Source of the DNA: a virus
Strand: one strand, 5' to 3'
Virus record (IMG/VR): IMGVR_UViG_3300044962_000005
Location: 1 to 41,839 of that record
DNA: 41,839 nt
A program made the translations under genes and the position numbers. This document shows, one piece after another, positions 1 through 8,275 of this stretch. The stretch's first letter is position 1, and each line of letters begins with the position of its first letter. The notes beneath the pieces are model-generated. The model was not told the DNA's origin. It saw only the letters and a program-made list of their open reading frames with translations, and did no database searches.

Positions 1-127
1 GGCTGCGGTGTCGGCGGCTCGGGCTGCGGTGGCGCGGGCGCGTCTTCAACAGCCGTTCCGGTGGACGGGTCGTTGACGGCGAGCGCCTCGCGCATTTCTT
101 CGGGCGTTTCGTGACTGCTCTGGAGCT
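1..127. repeat. Terminal direct repeat, identical to 41713-41839 (circular closure, assembly overlap or terminal redundancy)
   Basis: Read directly: both ends spell ggctgcggtgtcggcggctcggg...cgtttcgtgactgctctggagct with no mismatch. Unit length is 41712 bp. Confidence 0.97.
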
Positions 128-194
128 CGAAATCGCCGCTCTGAATGACTCCCGCGCCTTCCATGTCGCTCCCTTGAACAAGCTCAGGGACAAC

Positions 195-236
195 AAAAAA
201 GGGACGGCAACGGCTCGGATGAGCCATCGCAGTCCC
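195..236 (-). terminator. Rho-independent terminator candidate between the portal-side small genes and the scaffold gene
   Basis: The minus-strand RNA reads GGGACUGCGAUGGCUC-AUCC-GAGCCGUUGCCGUCCC followed by UUUUUU. The stem is 16 positions with one mismatch and two G-U pairs. Confidence 0.6.
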
Positions 237-321
237 CTGTCTGCGTCCCCTTGTCGTCTCGCGCCGCTCGGGGTGAGCGGTGTTCGTCCCGGCCGGGACT
301 AGCGAGCCGTCAAACCTGCGT

Positions 322-540
322 TTACGTCACTCGGAACCTCTGCGGCAGCCTTACGGTCACGGTCTGACCGACGCGCGTGTACGGATAATGCGCAAGATCA
401 GATTCCCTGACCGTCCATCCAATAACCGGATCCAGTTGCGGAGCAGTGAGTACTGGACGAGGGACGGCCTTCGCCTGTGTCGGCACCAAGGGCGCCACCG
501 CTGCCGCTGCGAGCACGCCGAGAAACCCGCGTCTGTTCAT
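322..540 (-). CDS. Small exported protein with a twin-arginine (Tat) type signal peptide
   Basis: The N-terminus is MNRRGFLGVLAAAAVAPLVPTQAKA, with RRxFL, a hydrophobic core and AxA. Its ATG overlaps the upstream stop as ATGA at 537-540. Confidence 0.7.
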   Translation of the reverse strand: MNRRGFLGVLAAAAVAPLVPTQAKAVPRPVLTAPQLDPVIGWTVRESDLAHYPYTRVGQTVTVRLPQRFRVT

Positions 541-704
541 CGCTTCTTCCCAACGTGCTCTGGCTTCTTTTTCATCGACCCTGACGCAAAGTCGTGCATC
601 TGTTTGAGCGTCATGGAACTGCGGATCGCCTGCGCCTTCGGGAAGTTCGCCCCATGTTCGGCGGCCGCGATCAACCGCTGCTGACTCTTTGACTTACTCG
701 GCAT
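537..704 (-). CDS. DUF3008-like small basic protein (55 aa)
   Basis: MPSKSKSQQRLIAAAEHG...MKKKPEHVGKKR resembles the MPxKSKxQQ family as I remember it. Start taken at ATG 704; the longer ORF N-terminus is Arg-rich and unconvincing. Confidence 0.65.
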   Translation of the reverse strand: MPSKSKSQQRLIAAAEHGANFPKAQAIRSSMTLKQMHDFASGSMKKKPEHVGKKR

Positions 705-879
705 CGTCACTCTCAGTCTGCCAAACCGGATCCACGGTTTGCAACTGCGTCCACCACGCATGAGCGGGACAGAAGTACTGCGTGGTCAAAATGTCCCAAT
801 CGGTCCAGCGGACCCGTACCCCACACGTCGCACAGCTCGGCGGTAACGCGATGATCCTATGCGCCACTGCCGTTCCCAC
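694..879 (-). CDS. Small Cys/Trp-rich hypothetical protein (possible zinc ribbon)
   Basis: The ORF follows the portal stop directly and carries CATCG...CPAH. The GTG start is uncertain (879 or 867). Confidence 0.4.
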   Translation of the reverse strand: MGTAVAHRIIALPPSCATCGVRVRWTDWDILTTQYFCPAHAWWTQLQTVDPVWQTESDDAE

Positions 880-3220
880 TCACCGGAGGAGGCGCCAACG
901 CCGCCGCTTGCTGTTGCTGCTCGAGCGCGTGCGCCTGCCCTTGGTCAGCCGCCTGCGCGTCCATCGCGGCCCCTTGCTGCCCGGCCTCTAAGGCGTGCTG
1001 CTGCCCCATCGCGGCCATCCCCACCTCGTGCGCCTGCGTCCCGAGTCGCGCCCGTTCTTCGAGGAACAACGTCATCCGCTCGATCTTGGCGCCGAGCTCG
1101 GCCACCGCCAGCCGCGTCTCGTTGTCCATCTGCGTCTTCTGGAGCGTCGTCGCGTCCCGATGCTGCGCGATCGTGACGTCCTTCTGCGCGCCAATCTGTT
1201 CGGCCTGGATCTTGGCCTGCTGCTCGATCTGCTTGGTTTTGATGATCTCGCCCGCCTGTTGCAGCTGCTGCTGCATCACCTGTGCGGCCTGCTTGAGTTG
1301 CCCGAGTTCCTGCGCCTGCTTCGCCTGCTGGTCGTCTTCCTGATGCAGTTGCGGCGGGAGCATCTTCTTCGCCCGCTCGGCGGCTTCCATGTGCCCCGGC
1401 CACGTCTGAAACTTCAACCACAGATCCCCGAACAGTTGAAACAGCGCCGGGTTGGCCTGGAACAGCATCGACAGCCCGTCGGAGCCTTCTTCAATGCGAG
1501 ACTCACGCGCTTTCCCGACACTCACCGCCACGCCGTACGTCCCTTTCTTCAGGTCGTAGCGTTTCGCGGGATCGTTGGGATCCTGGACGCGGGCGTCTGT
1601 CTGCGGCCCTTCCTGTAACGGTTGCGGGCGCTTGTTCGGCCCTGGCACAAACGGCTGATTGAGGATCACCGTCTTCGCGTTGTCCTCGAGGTCCAGCGTG
1701 CGCGCGACGCGACCTGGCCGGTCATACACGTAGGGAATCAGGTCCAGTACCACCTTCGCTTCGTAAGTGATCGAAATTTGTGCAAGATTGTCGAGGAAAT
1801 GGCTGTTCCCGCGGGTGTGCTGATCTTGCAGCGCCATGATCCCGCCCTTGGTCTTATTGGACGGGTCCGCCTGGCCGAGTGTCTCTCTGAAGGCTCCTGT
1901 CCCACTCTGGATGAACTCCCGCGCCATCCCGAGCAGCATCATGGAGGGACCGAGGCGGCTGGTGTCAATCTGCGTCCGCTGCGGCGGCGGCACCGGTTGC
2001 CCATTGAGCGCGGTCGGCTTGTAGCGCACGTAAGGCAACTGCCGCACCGCCGCCAGCAGGAACTCCTTCTCGTGCCCTTCTTCCTGGCCTTCCGCGATGA
2101 GGTACGGCGCTTTCGTCTCCATCGACGCGATCTCGATCGCATTCGACGCCGCCACGTTCAACATCCGTGCGGCTTCCTTGTTCGGCCCGTAGATCCCCAC
2201 CCAGTAGCGGTCATCATCGAAGGGCTGGAGTTCCTGGCCGATCACCGGAATGATCGGGATGTAGCGACCGTCGCGTTCCTCTTCGTCGAGGACTTCGCCG
2301 CCGTTCAGCTTGCACCACTTCAGTTTCGGCACCTGCTCTTTGCGTGAGCGGCCGTCCTTCTTGACTTTCCGTCCTGCCGGCACCGCGTCGTCGTAGCCGT
2401 CAGAGTCGTCGTCGTACTGGACGCGGGTCTTCTCGGTGAACTCCAGGTAGAAGAACTCGGCCACGAGCACCGCGCGACTTTCCCCATCGCCCTGAATCCA
2501 GTGCGGCCGCTCGTCCTCCGGCATCTGATCGAAAAAGCCCTCCGGGTCGTCGCTGCTCTGCCCGTACTTCGAGAGCTCCGACTTGGGATAGTCCTGTTTG
2601 TACCGGGAGTACGGCACCCACTGCGTCACGAACGCCCACCGCCCATCGCTCCAGTCCGGTTCCTGCGCGAACGGATCGAACACCACCGCCTCTTGATGCA
2701 GGATCCGCTTGATCACGATTTTCTGGTCGGTGAAGTGCCCGCCGTCGTCGGCGTACTCGGTCAGCACCCGATACGCGCCGCGCCCGGCTTTCACCGCGCG
2801 TTCATACGCCCAACTCCGCGCGAGCCCGGCCCGGCTGTCCACCTCGATCCGCCGATACAGCCCTTGCAGAATCTCGGCAGTGTCCTCATCGGCATCTTCG
2901 GACAGCGCGTGAATCTGCACGCCGAGATGCGCGGCTTTCTCCTGATTGAGTACGAGCTGGACGGGTTGCGCGAGCGAGGGAATCGAGATGGTCGGCCGTG
3001 GCGGAATCGTCATGCCGCCGACGGTTTCACCGGCCCGGTAGCTCTTGACCGCGTCGGGCCAGATCAGTTCGGGCACCTGGCAGCGGAGGTCGTCCTTCTC
3101 ACGTTCGACTTGGGGTTTGATCGCGTCGACGCCGAGGGCGTAGCACTGGCGGGCTTTCTTGAGAAGTTTTTCGTGCGCGGTTTCGGCGGGTTTGTCGTCG
3201 GCGCCGGTGTCGTCCTTCAT
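857..3220 (-). CDS. Portal protein with a long Q/A-rich C-terminal coiled-coil extension
   Basis: About 787 aa, located downstream of terL. Start taken at ATG 3220, which overlaps the upstream stop as ATGA. The C-terminal ~190 aa are Q/A/E-rich and helical-looking, like the P22 portal barrel. Confidence 0.85.
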   Translation of the reverse strand: MKDDTGADDKPAETAHEKLLKKARQCYALGVDAIKPQVEREKDDLRCQVPELIWPDAVKSYRAGETVGGMTIPPRPTISIPSLAQPVQLVLNQEKAAHLGVQIHALSEDADEDTAEILQGLYRRIEVDSRAGLARSWAYERAVKAGRGAYRVLTEYADDGGHFTDQKIVIKRILHQEAVVFDPFAQEPDWSDGRWAFVTQWVPYSRYKQDYPKSELSKYGQSSDDPEGFFDQMPEDERPHWIQGDGESRAVLVAEFFYLEFTEKTRVQYDDDSDGYDDAVPAGRKVKKDGRSRKEQVPKLKWCKLNGGEVLDEEERDGRYIPIIPVIGQELQPFDDDRYWVGIYGPNKEAARMLNVAASNAIEIASMETKAPYLIAEGQEEGHEKEFLLAAVRQLPYVRYKPTALNGQPVPPPQRTQIDTSRLGPSMMLLGMAREFIQSGTGAFRETLGQADPSNKTKGGIMALQDQHTRGNSHFLDNLAQISITYEAKVVLDLIPYVYDRPGRVARTLDLEDNAKTVILNQPFVPGPNKRPQPLQEGPQTDARVQDPNDPAKRYDLKKGTYGVAVSVGKARESRIEEGSDGLSMLFQANPALFQLFGDLWLKFQTWPGHMEAAERAKKMLPPQLHQEDDQQAKQAQELGQLKQAAQVMQQQLQQAGEIIKTKQIEQQAKIQAEQIGAQKDVTIAQHRDATTLQKTQMDNETRLAVAELGAKIERMTLFLEERARLGTQAHEVGMAAMGQQHALEAGQQGAAMDAQAADQGQAHALEQQQQAAALAPPPVSGNGSGA

Positions 3221-3420
3221 ACGAGCCGAATCCGCATACCGAACAGCACGTCGGGCACGCACGGTTCGTCAGTACACGTCTTCCACCATCGCTCTAGTTC
3301 CTCGTACTCCGTCGGCACCAAGTCCGCCACCATCGCGTCAAGTGGGTGCCGGGCTTCCAACAACCGTGCACGGTGCTCAAGCAGTCTGCCAACCACCTGC
3401 GGCGGCGCCAAGCTTGTCAC
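3217..3420 (-). CDS. Hypothetical protein (67 aa)
   Basis: GTGA overlap with the upstream gene and ATGA overlap with the portal start. Confidence 0.6.
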   Translation of the reverse strand: MTSLAPPQVVGRLLEHRARLLEARHPLDAMVADLVPTEYEELERWWKTCTDEPCVPDVLFGMRIRLV

Positions 3421-3884
3421 CGCAGGTATTGCGCTTTCTTCTGCCGGTAATAGATCAACAGATCCCGCTGGCTGTACCCGAGCGCCACATCATCGACCCA
3501 CGCCGGATCGCTGTGATCGTCATCCAGAATCTCGGCCGTCTCCCGCAGCTCCAGCGCCCGCAAGAGCGCCTCGAGCGCCACGGTGCGGTCTTCCACCTGC
3601 TGGCCGTTCGTCAGCCGTGGTGCGGCCGTCCGATATGCCATGTGCGCCGCTCGCGCGAGTGTCAGGATCTTGGCGAGGTCGGTCTGCGCGGGATTGGCGA
3701 CCATCGGCGGGTCCGGTGCGACACCTGCTGGCGGGGCATCACCGACGAACGCCACACCGGCGGGCTGCATCGGGACGATGTCGGGTCGTGGGACGGCAGG
3801 ATTCGGAACGTCAACGGTGGAGGTCAACACCGGTTCCACATCAGGCATACCCGCGATGATGCGACGGGCTTCGCGGTGGTTCAA
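3417..3884 (-). CDS. Hypothetical protein (155 aa)
   Basis: ORF in the operon frame. Start is TTG at 3884 or ATG at 3848; no recognisable domain. Confidence 0.6.
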   Translation of the reverse strand: MNHREARRIIAGMPDVEPVLTSTVDVPNPAVPRPDIVPMQPAGVAFVGDAPPAGVAPDPPMVANPAQTDLAKILTLARAAHMAYRTAAPRLTNGQQVEDRTVALEALLRALELRETAEILDDDHSDPAWVDDVALGYSQRDLLIYYRQKKAQYLR

Positions 3885-3952
3885 CCGCGCCTGAACTCGT
3901 CTGTTCGCTGCTATCTACGGAATTGGCCTGAAGATTTTCTGGCCCGTGGCCC

Positions 3953-4558
3953 TCAGCGCTGCTTGTTCCAGCAGGCGATGAGAACCGCATAGCCCTTTCG
4001 CGTGAGTCGCACTGTATGGATCAACGCAGGACCGTCCCGACCAACGGAGCGCATTTCGAGTAGCCCTTCTTCCAGTAGGCGATCGGGGAATTCCTTCAAA
4101 CGAAATGGCTCACCGCTCAGAATCGCGGTGTGATGATCGAAGGGATGCTGATGGCTCGCCCCGATACAGGACTCCAAGACGTAGATTTCCCACTTCGCCA
4201 ACTCAATACGTGGCGGCTCCTCGCCGGTTCCCTGACAGCGATCACACGTTTCGACCGTCCCTCGTTGTGGATCAGCGGGCACCAATTTGGCCCCGCCGCA
4301 CGTACCGCACAGCGGCGCATTCAGAATCGGCGTTTCTAGCGATCCCTGAAAAGCTTCATTGGGCTGAAACCCCGGACAGTCCTCATCGCGAGTCGTGCCG
4401 CCCGTATACCAAGTACGGCGACACTTGCGCGGACCATCCACCCATGCGTCGTTGTGGCAATACACGGCGTGATCTTCGACACGATTGCCAAACTTGCAGC
4501 GTTGGTCGAATGCGCAGTCATCCTGATCTGCGGCTAATTCGACAATGTTGATCGTCAT
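3953..4558 (-). CDS. Cys-rich protein with a DnaJ-type CxxCxGxG zinc-finger pair and a C-terminal winged-helix-like region
   Basis: Motifs CGTCGGAK and CDRCQGTG. The N-terminus is Cys/His-rich. The C-terminal LLEEGLLEMRSVGRDGPALIHTVRLTRKGYAVL looks like a wHTH. GGTGG lies upstream of ATG 4558. Confidence 0.75.
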   Translation of the reverse strand: MTINIVELAADQDDCAFDQRCKFGNRVEDHAVYCHNDAWVDGPRKCRRTWYTGGTTRDEDCPGFQPNEAFQGSLETPILNAPLCGTCGGAKLVPADPQRGTVETCDRCQGTGEEPPRIELAKWEIYVLESCIGASHQHPFDHHTAILSGEPFRLKEFPDRLLEEGLLEMRSVGRDGPALIHTVRLTRKGYAVLIACWNKQR

Positions 4559-4568
4559 TCCCACCACC

Positions 4569-6059
4569 TCATGCGCTCATCCACCCACCAGACGAGATCG
4601 GCGGGAACTGCACCGTCTGCGATCCGCCCGCCTTCGGCTTCACCACCTGCGCGAACGTCAACGCCAACGCGTCCCCATCGTCTGGACTGTCTACCCCGCG
4701 CGCCTTCATGTGTTCCTTCGGTTCGAGCACGATTTGATCTTGCCGGTTGTGGCTGTAGCCTGGTCCGGTCAGATCCGTCTCCAGTCGCGGCGAGTCGTCA
4801 ATACACCCGTGCGTCAGCCAGTCGCGGAGCTTGCCCCACATGTACGCCCGGTAGTTGGCGTACTTGTCGTCCGGTGCCTTCCACCCGAACTGGATCTCCA
4901 CGACGTTGGTGTGCCCGAGCTGCTGGAGCCGGTTCACGATCGGGCCGCCGATCCCGGTGCCGTCCACGAACAGCATTTGAATCGACCGGCCATTGAACTT
5001 GCGCCCGAGGACGTCAGCCGCCACGGTCACGAGTCGCATGGAGTCACGGGCTTGCTCTCCAGGGATGCGAAGAGACGGGATAGTTGCGCCATCAGGTCCG
5101 CGTCGGAAACGGAACACACAATCGTCGCCTCCCCCTCTGGCAACGTCGAGTCCACAAACCAATGGCTCGTCGGCCAGTGGTTCAATGCGTCGACGTTGAG
5201 CGTCATAGACACGCTGGGAATCAATGTATTGGAGGTCTGAAGCCGCTGGCGGTAAGCCTCGGACACGTACACGGACAAAGTCGGAGTCTTCGCCATAGTC
5301 CTGCACCCATTCGTCGATTTGCGCCTTGTTCGTGAACTTGCTCGTGCGGCTGTCGATAATGATCGGATGCCACCGGTTCCGCGCCGCCCCATGCACCGCC
5401 TCGTGAAACTTCCCAGTCGACCGCGTCGTATTCCCGAACACGAAGATCATCGACTCCCCGTCCGTCAGCCCGCCTTCGGCCACTTCCCAGATTGGATTAG
5501 GAATCGCGCTCGCCTCATCGAAGATGTAAAAGCTCGTGCTGTCGGCCGCGTGCTGGCCGGCGAAGGCTTCGGAGTTCTCTTCCTTGGACGACTGCGGCGC
5601 GCAGAACCACGACTCCCTGAACCCCGTATAGAACATCCGCTCACTGTTGACCGTGAACCAGTGTCCGGTCAGGCAGAGCTTCGTCCACCGCTGCAACGCG
5701 GCCCAGGTCTTCGTCTGGAGCTGCGTGATGGTGTTGGCGGTGACCGTGCCCTGCGCGTGCGGACGCGTCGACATGATCCAGTCCACAATCATCGCGACGA
5801 GGACCGACTTGCCGATGCCGTGCCCCGAGCTCGTCGCGCCTCTGACCGGAGGTACCGCGGTATGCCCGTTGAACGACCGGGCCGTGACCTCTTCCCCGAG
5901 CCACTGGAGGAACTCCCGTTGCCAGGTGTCCGGGCCGTCGTGATGTTGGAGCAGGCCGCGTTCGCCCCACGGATAGGCGCCGACGACAAACCGCAGCGGG
6001 TCGTGATAGGTCGTCGCCACCCAATCGGCAATCTCGAGATTGACGTCAGGAACCGGCAC
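4569..6059 (-). CDS. terL: Terminase large subunit
   Basis: 496 aa with Walker A-like SSGHGIGKS. An acidic nuclease half carries LVCGLDVARGGGDD and LFVDGTGIGG, which is typical terL architecture. Confidence 0.92.
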   Translation of the reverse strand: MPVPDVNLEIADWVATTYHDPLRFVVGAYPWGERGLLQHHDGPDTWQREFLQWLGEEVTARSFNGHTAVPPVRGATSSGHGIGKSVLVAMIVDWIMSTRPHAQGTVTANTITQLQTKTWAALQRWTKLCLTGHWFTVNSERMFYTGFRESWFCAPQSSKEENSEAFAGQHAADSTSFYIFDEASAIPNPIWEVAEGGLTDGESMIFVFGNTTRSTGKFHEAVHGAARNRWHPIIIDSRTSKFTNKAQIDEWVQDYGEDSDFVRVRVRGLPPAASDLQYIDSQRVYDAQRRRIEPLADEPLVCGLDVARGGGDDCVFRFRRGPDGATIPSLRIPGEQARDSMRLVTVAADVLGRKFNGRSIQMLFVDGTGIGGPIVNRLQQLGHTNVVEIQFGWKAPDDKYANYRAYMWGKLRDWLTHGCIDDSPRLETDLTGPGYSHNRQDQIVLEPKEHMKARGVDSPDDGDALALTFAQVVKPKAGGSQTVQFPPISSGGWMSA

Positions 6060-6468
6060 GTTCCCGTGCCTTGGTGAGCCGTTGCACGAGCTCGACTTCC
6101 CCGCTCACCTTGACCTCGAACTCCTGCTCTTTGGGCTTATCGAGCGTGCGGTTCAGAAGGTCTGCGGCGGCCTGGATATTCGGATCCTTCTCCCAGACTT
6201 CGATGATCTCTTCGTTGGAATCACCCTGCCGGGCTTTGGCCATCGCTTCCGTCACCCGAATGAACTTGCCGCTGCGCTTGTCTCGAGTCACCAAATACTT
6301 GAGACCCATCGCGTTGGCCATCTGGGCTTCAATGAGCGGTTGGAGGCGTTCCGTGACCATCTGACGCACGTACTCGCGGGCCGCGATCTTGTCCATCGTG
6401 GACTTGCGAGGGCCGAGCTTCGTGCCCTTCTTCAGCCCCGCGCCTGGCCGTCTCCCCCCGCTAGGCAT
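6046..6468 (-). CDS. terS: Putative terminase small subunit
   Basis: 140 aa immediately upstream of terL, overlapping it by 14 nt. The basic N-terminus GGRRPGAGLKKG resembles a DNA-binding arm. Confidence 0.6.
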   Translation of the reverse strand: MPSGGRRPGAGLKKGTKLGPRKSTMDKIAAREYVRQMVTERLQPLIEAQMANAMGLKYLVTRDKRSGKFIRVTEAMAKARQGDSNEEIIEVWEKDPNIQAAADLLNRTLDKPKEQEFEVKVSGEVELVQRLTKARERAGS

Positions 6469-6805
6469 GATTCCGAACTTTCACATCATTCAGGTGGGGT
6501 TCCGGCGTCGGATAGCCATTGATGAGGCGGATCGTGTCATACACCATCTGCACGTCGGCAAGCGTTTCACACGTCCCGATCTGCATCCGCGGATTGAGCC
6601 CGCTGGCATGATGCCCGACGATCGCGTCACAGCCTGAATCCGCCTCGCGGCGCGCCAACGGCCAGAACAGCAGCGTCGTAAAGTCGATCCCGATGCGCGT
6701 CGACCACGCAATCCCGAGACTGTCATCGTCACGCACGAACCCGCGGCAGAGGAGCCAGTCGCGAATCTCGGCGCGCTGCGGTTCATTCCAATAGTCGGTG
6801 GCCAT
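6461..6805 (-). CDS. Hypothetical protein (114 aa)
   Basis: ATG-initiated ORF in the operon; overlaps the terS start by 8 nt. Confidence 0.65.
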   Translation of the reverse strand: MATDYWNEPQRAEIRDWLLCRGFVRDDDSLGIAWSTRIGIDFTTLLFWPLARREADSGCDAIVGHHASGLNPRMQIGTCETLADVQMVYDTIRLINGYPTPEPHLNDVKVRNHA

Positions 6806-6819
6806 AACGTGTGTGATGC

Positions 6820-7086
6820 TCAGTTCAGCGTTTCAATGCGTGTGGCTGGCCAGTGGCCGCGCTGTTCCAGCCCATCAACAACGTGCTGTCCGGCCGCGCG
6901 GATCATCGTCACGTCCGCTTCGCGCGTATGGCCTAACACGCTAAGCATGTCGGCCGCGCCGTGATAGCCGTCCCGCACGCCCTGCACGTAGGCCGAGCAG
7001 GTCAGCTGGCCTTGGAGTGCGGAAAGCTTCTGAATCTCTCCACGAAACAGCCAGCCAACGAGACGCATTCCCCACGATGGTCGCAT
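6820..7086 (-). CDS. Hypothetical protein (88 aa)
   Basis: ATG-initiated ORF in the operon. Confidence 0.6.
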   Translation of the reverse strand: MRPSWGMRLVGWLFRGEIQKLSALQGQLTCSAYVQGVRDGYHGAADMLSVLGHTREADVTMIRAAGQHVVDGLEQRGHWPATRIETLN

Positions 7087-7096
7087 GCCATTTCTC

Positions 7097-7420
7097 CTAA
7101 GGATTCTGATGATCCGGCTCCACGAGATACCGTCGCCACAACGCCCGAATCTTGAGCCACGTCCGCACCGTGATCCGAGTGTGCAACCGCACCCGCGCCC
7201 GTTTCAAGCCGAGCCGCTCGGCCACGTTCACCTGTTCCCGCTTCAACTGCTCGACTTTCCGTCTGGCATCCGTCGCACTGATGAGACTGCCTAACCGTCT
7301 GATGCCTTTCGCTTTATCTCTCGATCGGGCCGCTTCATACCTCGCATTCGCCGCGCGACAGGTCAAACATCGGCAGCCCCGTTTGTACTGGCGGCGTGTC
7401 CCATGCGCGTCGTCAGGCAT
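7097..7420 (-). CDS. DNA-binding protein with a HGTxxxYxxGCRCxxC motif
   Basis: HGTRRQYKRGCRCLTCRAANARY followed by a basic helical region. From memory, this motif recurs in phage DNA-binding proteins. Confidence 0.65.
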   Translation of the reverse strand: MPDDAHGTRRQYKRGCRCLTCRAANARYEAARSRDKAKGIRRLGSLISATDARRKVEQLKREQVNVAERLGLKRARVRLHTRITVRTWLKIRALWRRYLVEPDHQNP

Positions 7421-7426
7421 CGGTAA

Positions 7427-7687
7427 TCATTTCAGTGGTTTATACGAAATCTCCGTTGCGAGATACGGCCGATCCGGCAGCACCGAGAAGGACACGCGAC
7501 AGCCGGGCTGCAATTTCTCCGGCGTCGTGAAATCCCGATAGACATGCCCGAACAGCCAGGCGTAAATCCACCCACTATCGGCTCTCAGCACGCCTTGCAC
7601 GATGTCGAACCGTCGCACGCGCTGTTGATCGTCGGGCGCGTCCACATAGAAGAGGATCGTCCCCATCTGACGCATGTCGTCAGGCAT
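7427..7687 (-). CDS. Hypothetical protein (86 aa)
   Basis: ATG-initiated ORF; overlaps the upstream gene end by 8 nt. Confidence 0.65.
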   Translation of the reverse strand: MPDDMRQMGTILFYVDAPDDQQRVRRFDIVQGVLRADSGWIYAWLFGHVYRDFTTPEKLQPGCRVSFSVLPDRPYLATEISYKPLK

Positions 7688-7874
7688 CCGCGTGCCGATC
7701 CTTGAGTTTCAGGACATGGCTCAGCTTGACGCGTCGTCCACCCTGAATGATTACGTAGGGTAAGGATCCGTGCGCCATCCAGTAGTAAAGGGTGCGACGG
7801 GAAATGCCGGCGTGCTGTGCCGCTTGATCGAGATTCACGCGCTGAGAGGCAGGCATTTTCATGAACAATTTCAC
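7680..7874 (-). CDS. Excisionase-family / MerR-like HTH DNA-binding protein
   Basis: VNLDQAAQHAGISRRTLYYWMAHGSLPYVIIQGGRRVKL matches the HTH_17 pattern. GTGA overlap with the upstream stop; ATG alternatives lie 12 and 18 nt downstream. Confidence 0.7.
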   Translation of the reverse strand: MKLFMKMPASQRVNLDQAAQHAGISRRTLYYWMAHGSLPYVIIQGGRRVKLSHVLKLKDRHADA

Positions 7875-8266
7875 GAAGAGGTCTTCCCGCGCGTAATGGC
7901 TTCCTGCCCTATGTCATCGGCAGGAACTACCGCGAAAATCTCGTTCGAGACGGCTCCCCGCAACCGAATACCGAGATACTTGTCCGCCAACCACCCAATC
8001 GCCGCACGACGGGCCGGTGGCGACATCTGCTCAACGGCTTTCGCAAACCGGGCGAGCGCGTCGATTTCTGGGAACTGCCTCGGCTTCCGTCGGCGCGTCG
8101 GCGGGGCCGGTGGCAGGGCCGGCACAAGCGGCTCATCATCCACACGATCATCGGGCGGCTGCATGAAGAACAGTTTCTTCACCCGTTCTAATTCAGCGGC
8201 TTCCGTCTGAATGGTGTGCTCCGCTTCCCTGATGTTTCGGTCGGCGAGCGTTTCGTCGTCGTTCAT
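7871..8266 (-). CDS. Hypothetical protein (131 aa); its C-terminal ~20 codons come from a repeat copy
   Basis: ATG with GAGG upstream. The tail EIFAVVPADDIGQEAITRGKTSS is encoded by repeat copy 7888-7934. Confidence 0.7.
   Translation of the reverse strand: MNDDETLADRNIREAEHTIQTEAAELERVKKLFFMQPPDDRVDDEPLVPALPPAPPTRRRKPRQFPEIDALARFAKAVEQMSPPARRAAIGWLADKYLGIRLRGAVSNEIFAVVPADDIGQEAITRGKTSS
7888..7934 (-). repeat. Palindromic repeat element, family A, copy i (reverse orientation)
   Basis: Reverse complement reads CGCGGTAGTTCCTGCCGATGACATAGGGCAGGAAGCCATTACGCGCG. Confidence 0.85.
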
Positions 8267-8275
8267 CGCGTTACC

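Noticed and set aside
111-684. Plus-strand ORFs 111-302 and 280-684 near the genome junction.
   Set aside because: They overlap the terminator hairpin and the minus-strand small genes. They have GTG starts without SD and implausible composition.
2501-3859. Long plus-strand ORFs of 450-540 aa (2501-3859, 17110-18624, 28360-29964, 30384-32015, among others).
   Set aside because: They are antisense to well-supported minus-strand genes. They are extremely Arg/Pro/His-rich with no motifs. They are typical shadow ORFs in GC-rich DNA.
6826-6846. CAATGCGTGTGGCTGG resembles the family-B repeat head CAATGCGGTAGCTGG.
   Set aside because: It is only a partial match with no second arm, and it lies inside ordinary coding sequence (...ATRIETLN). 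Likely chance.
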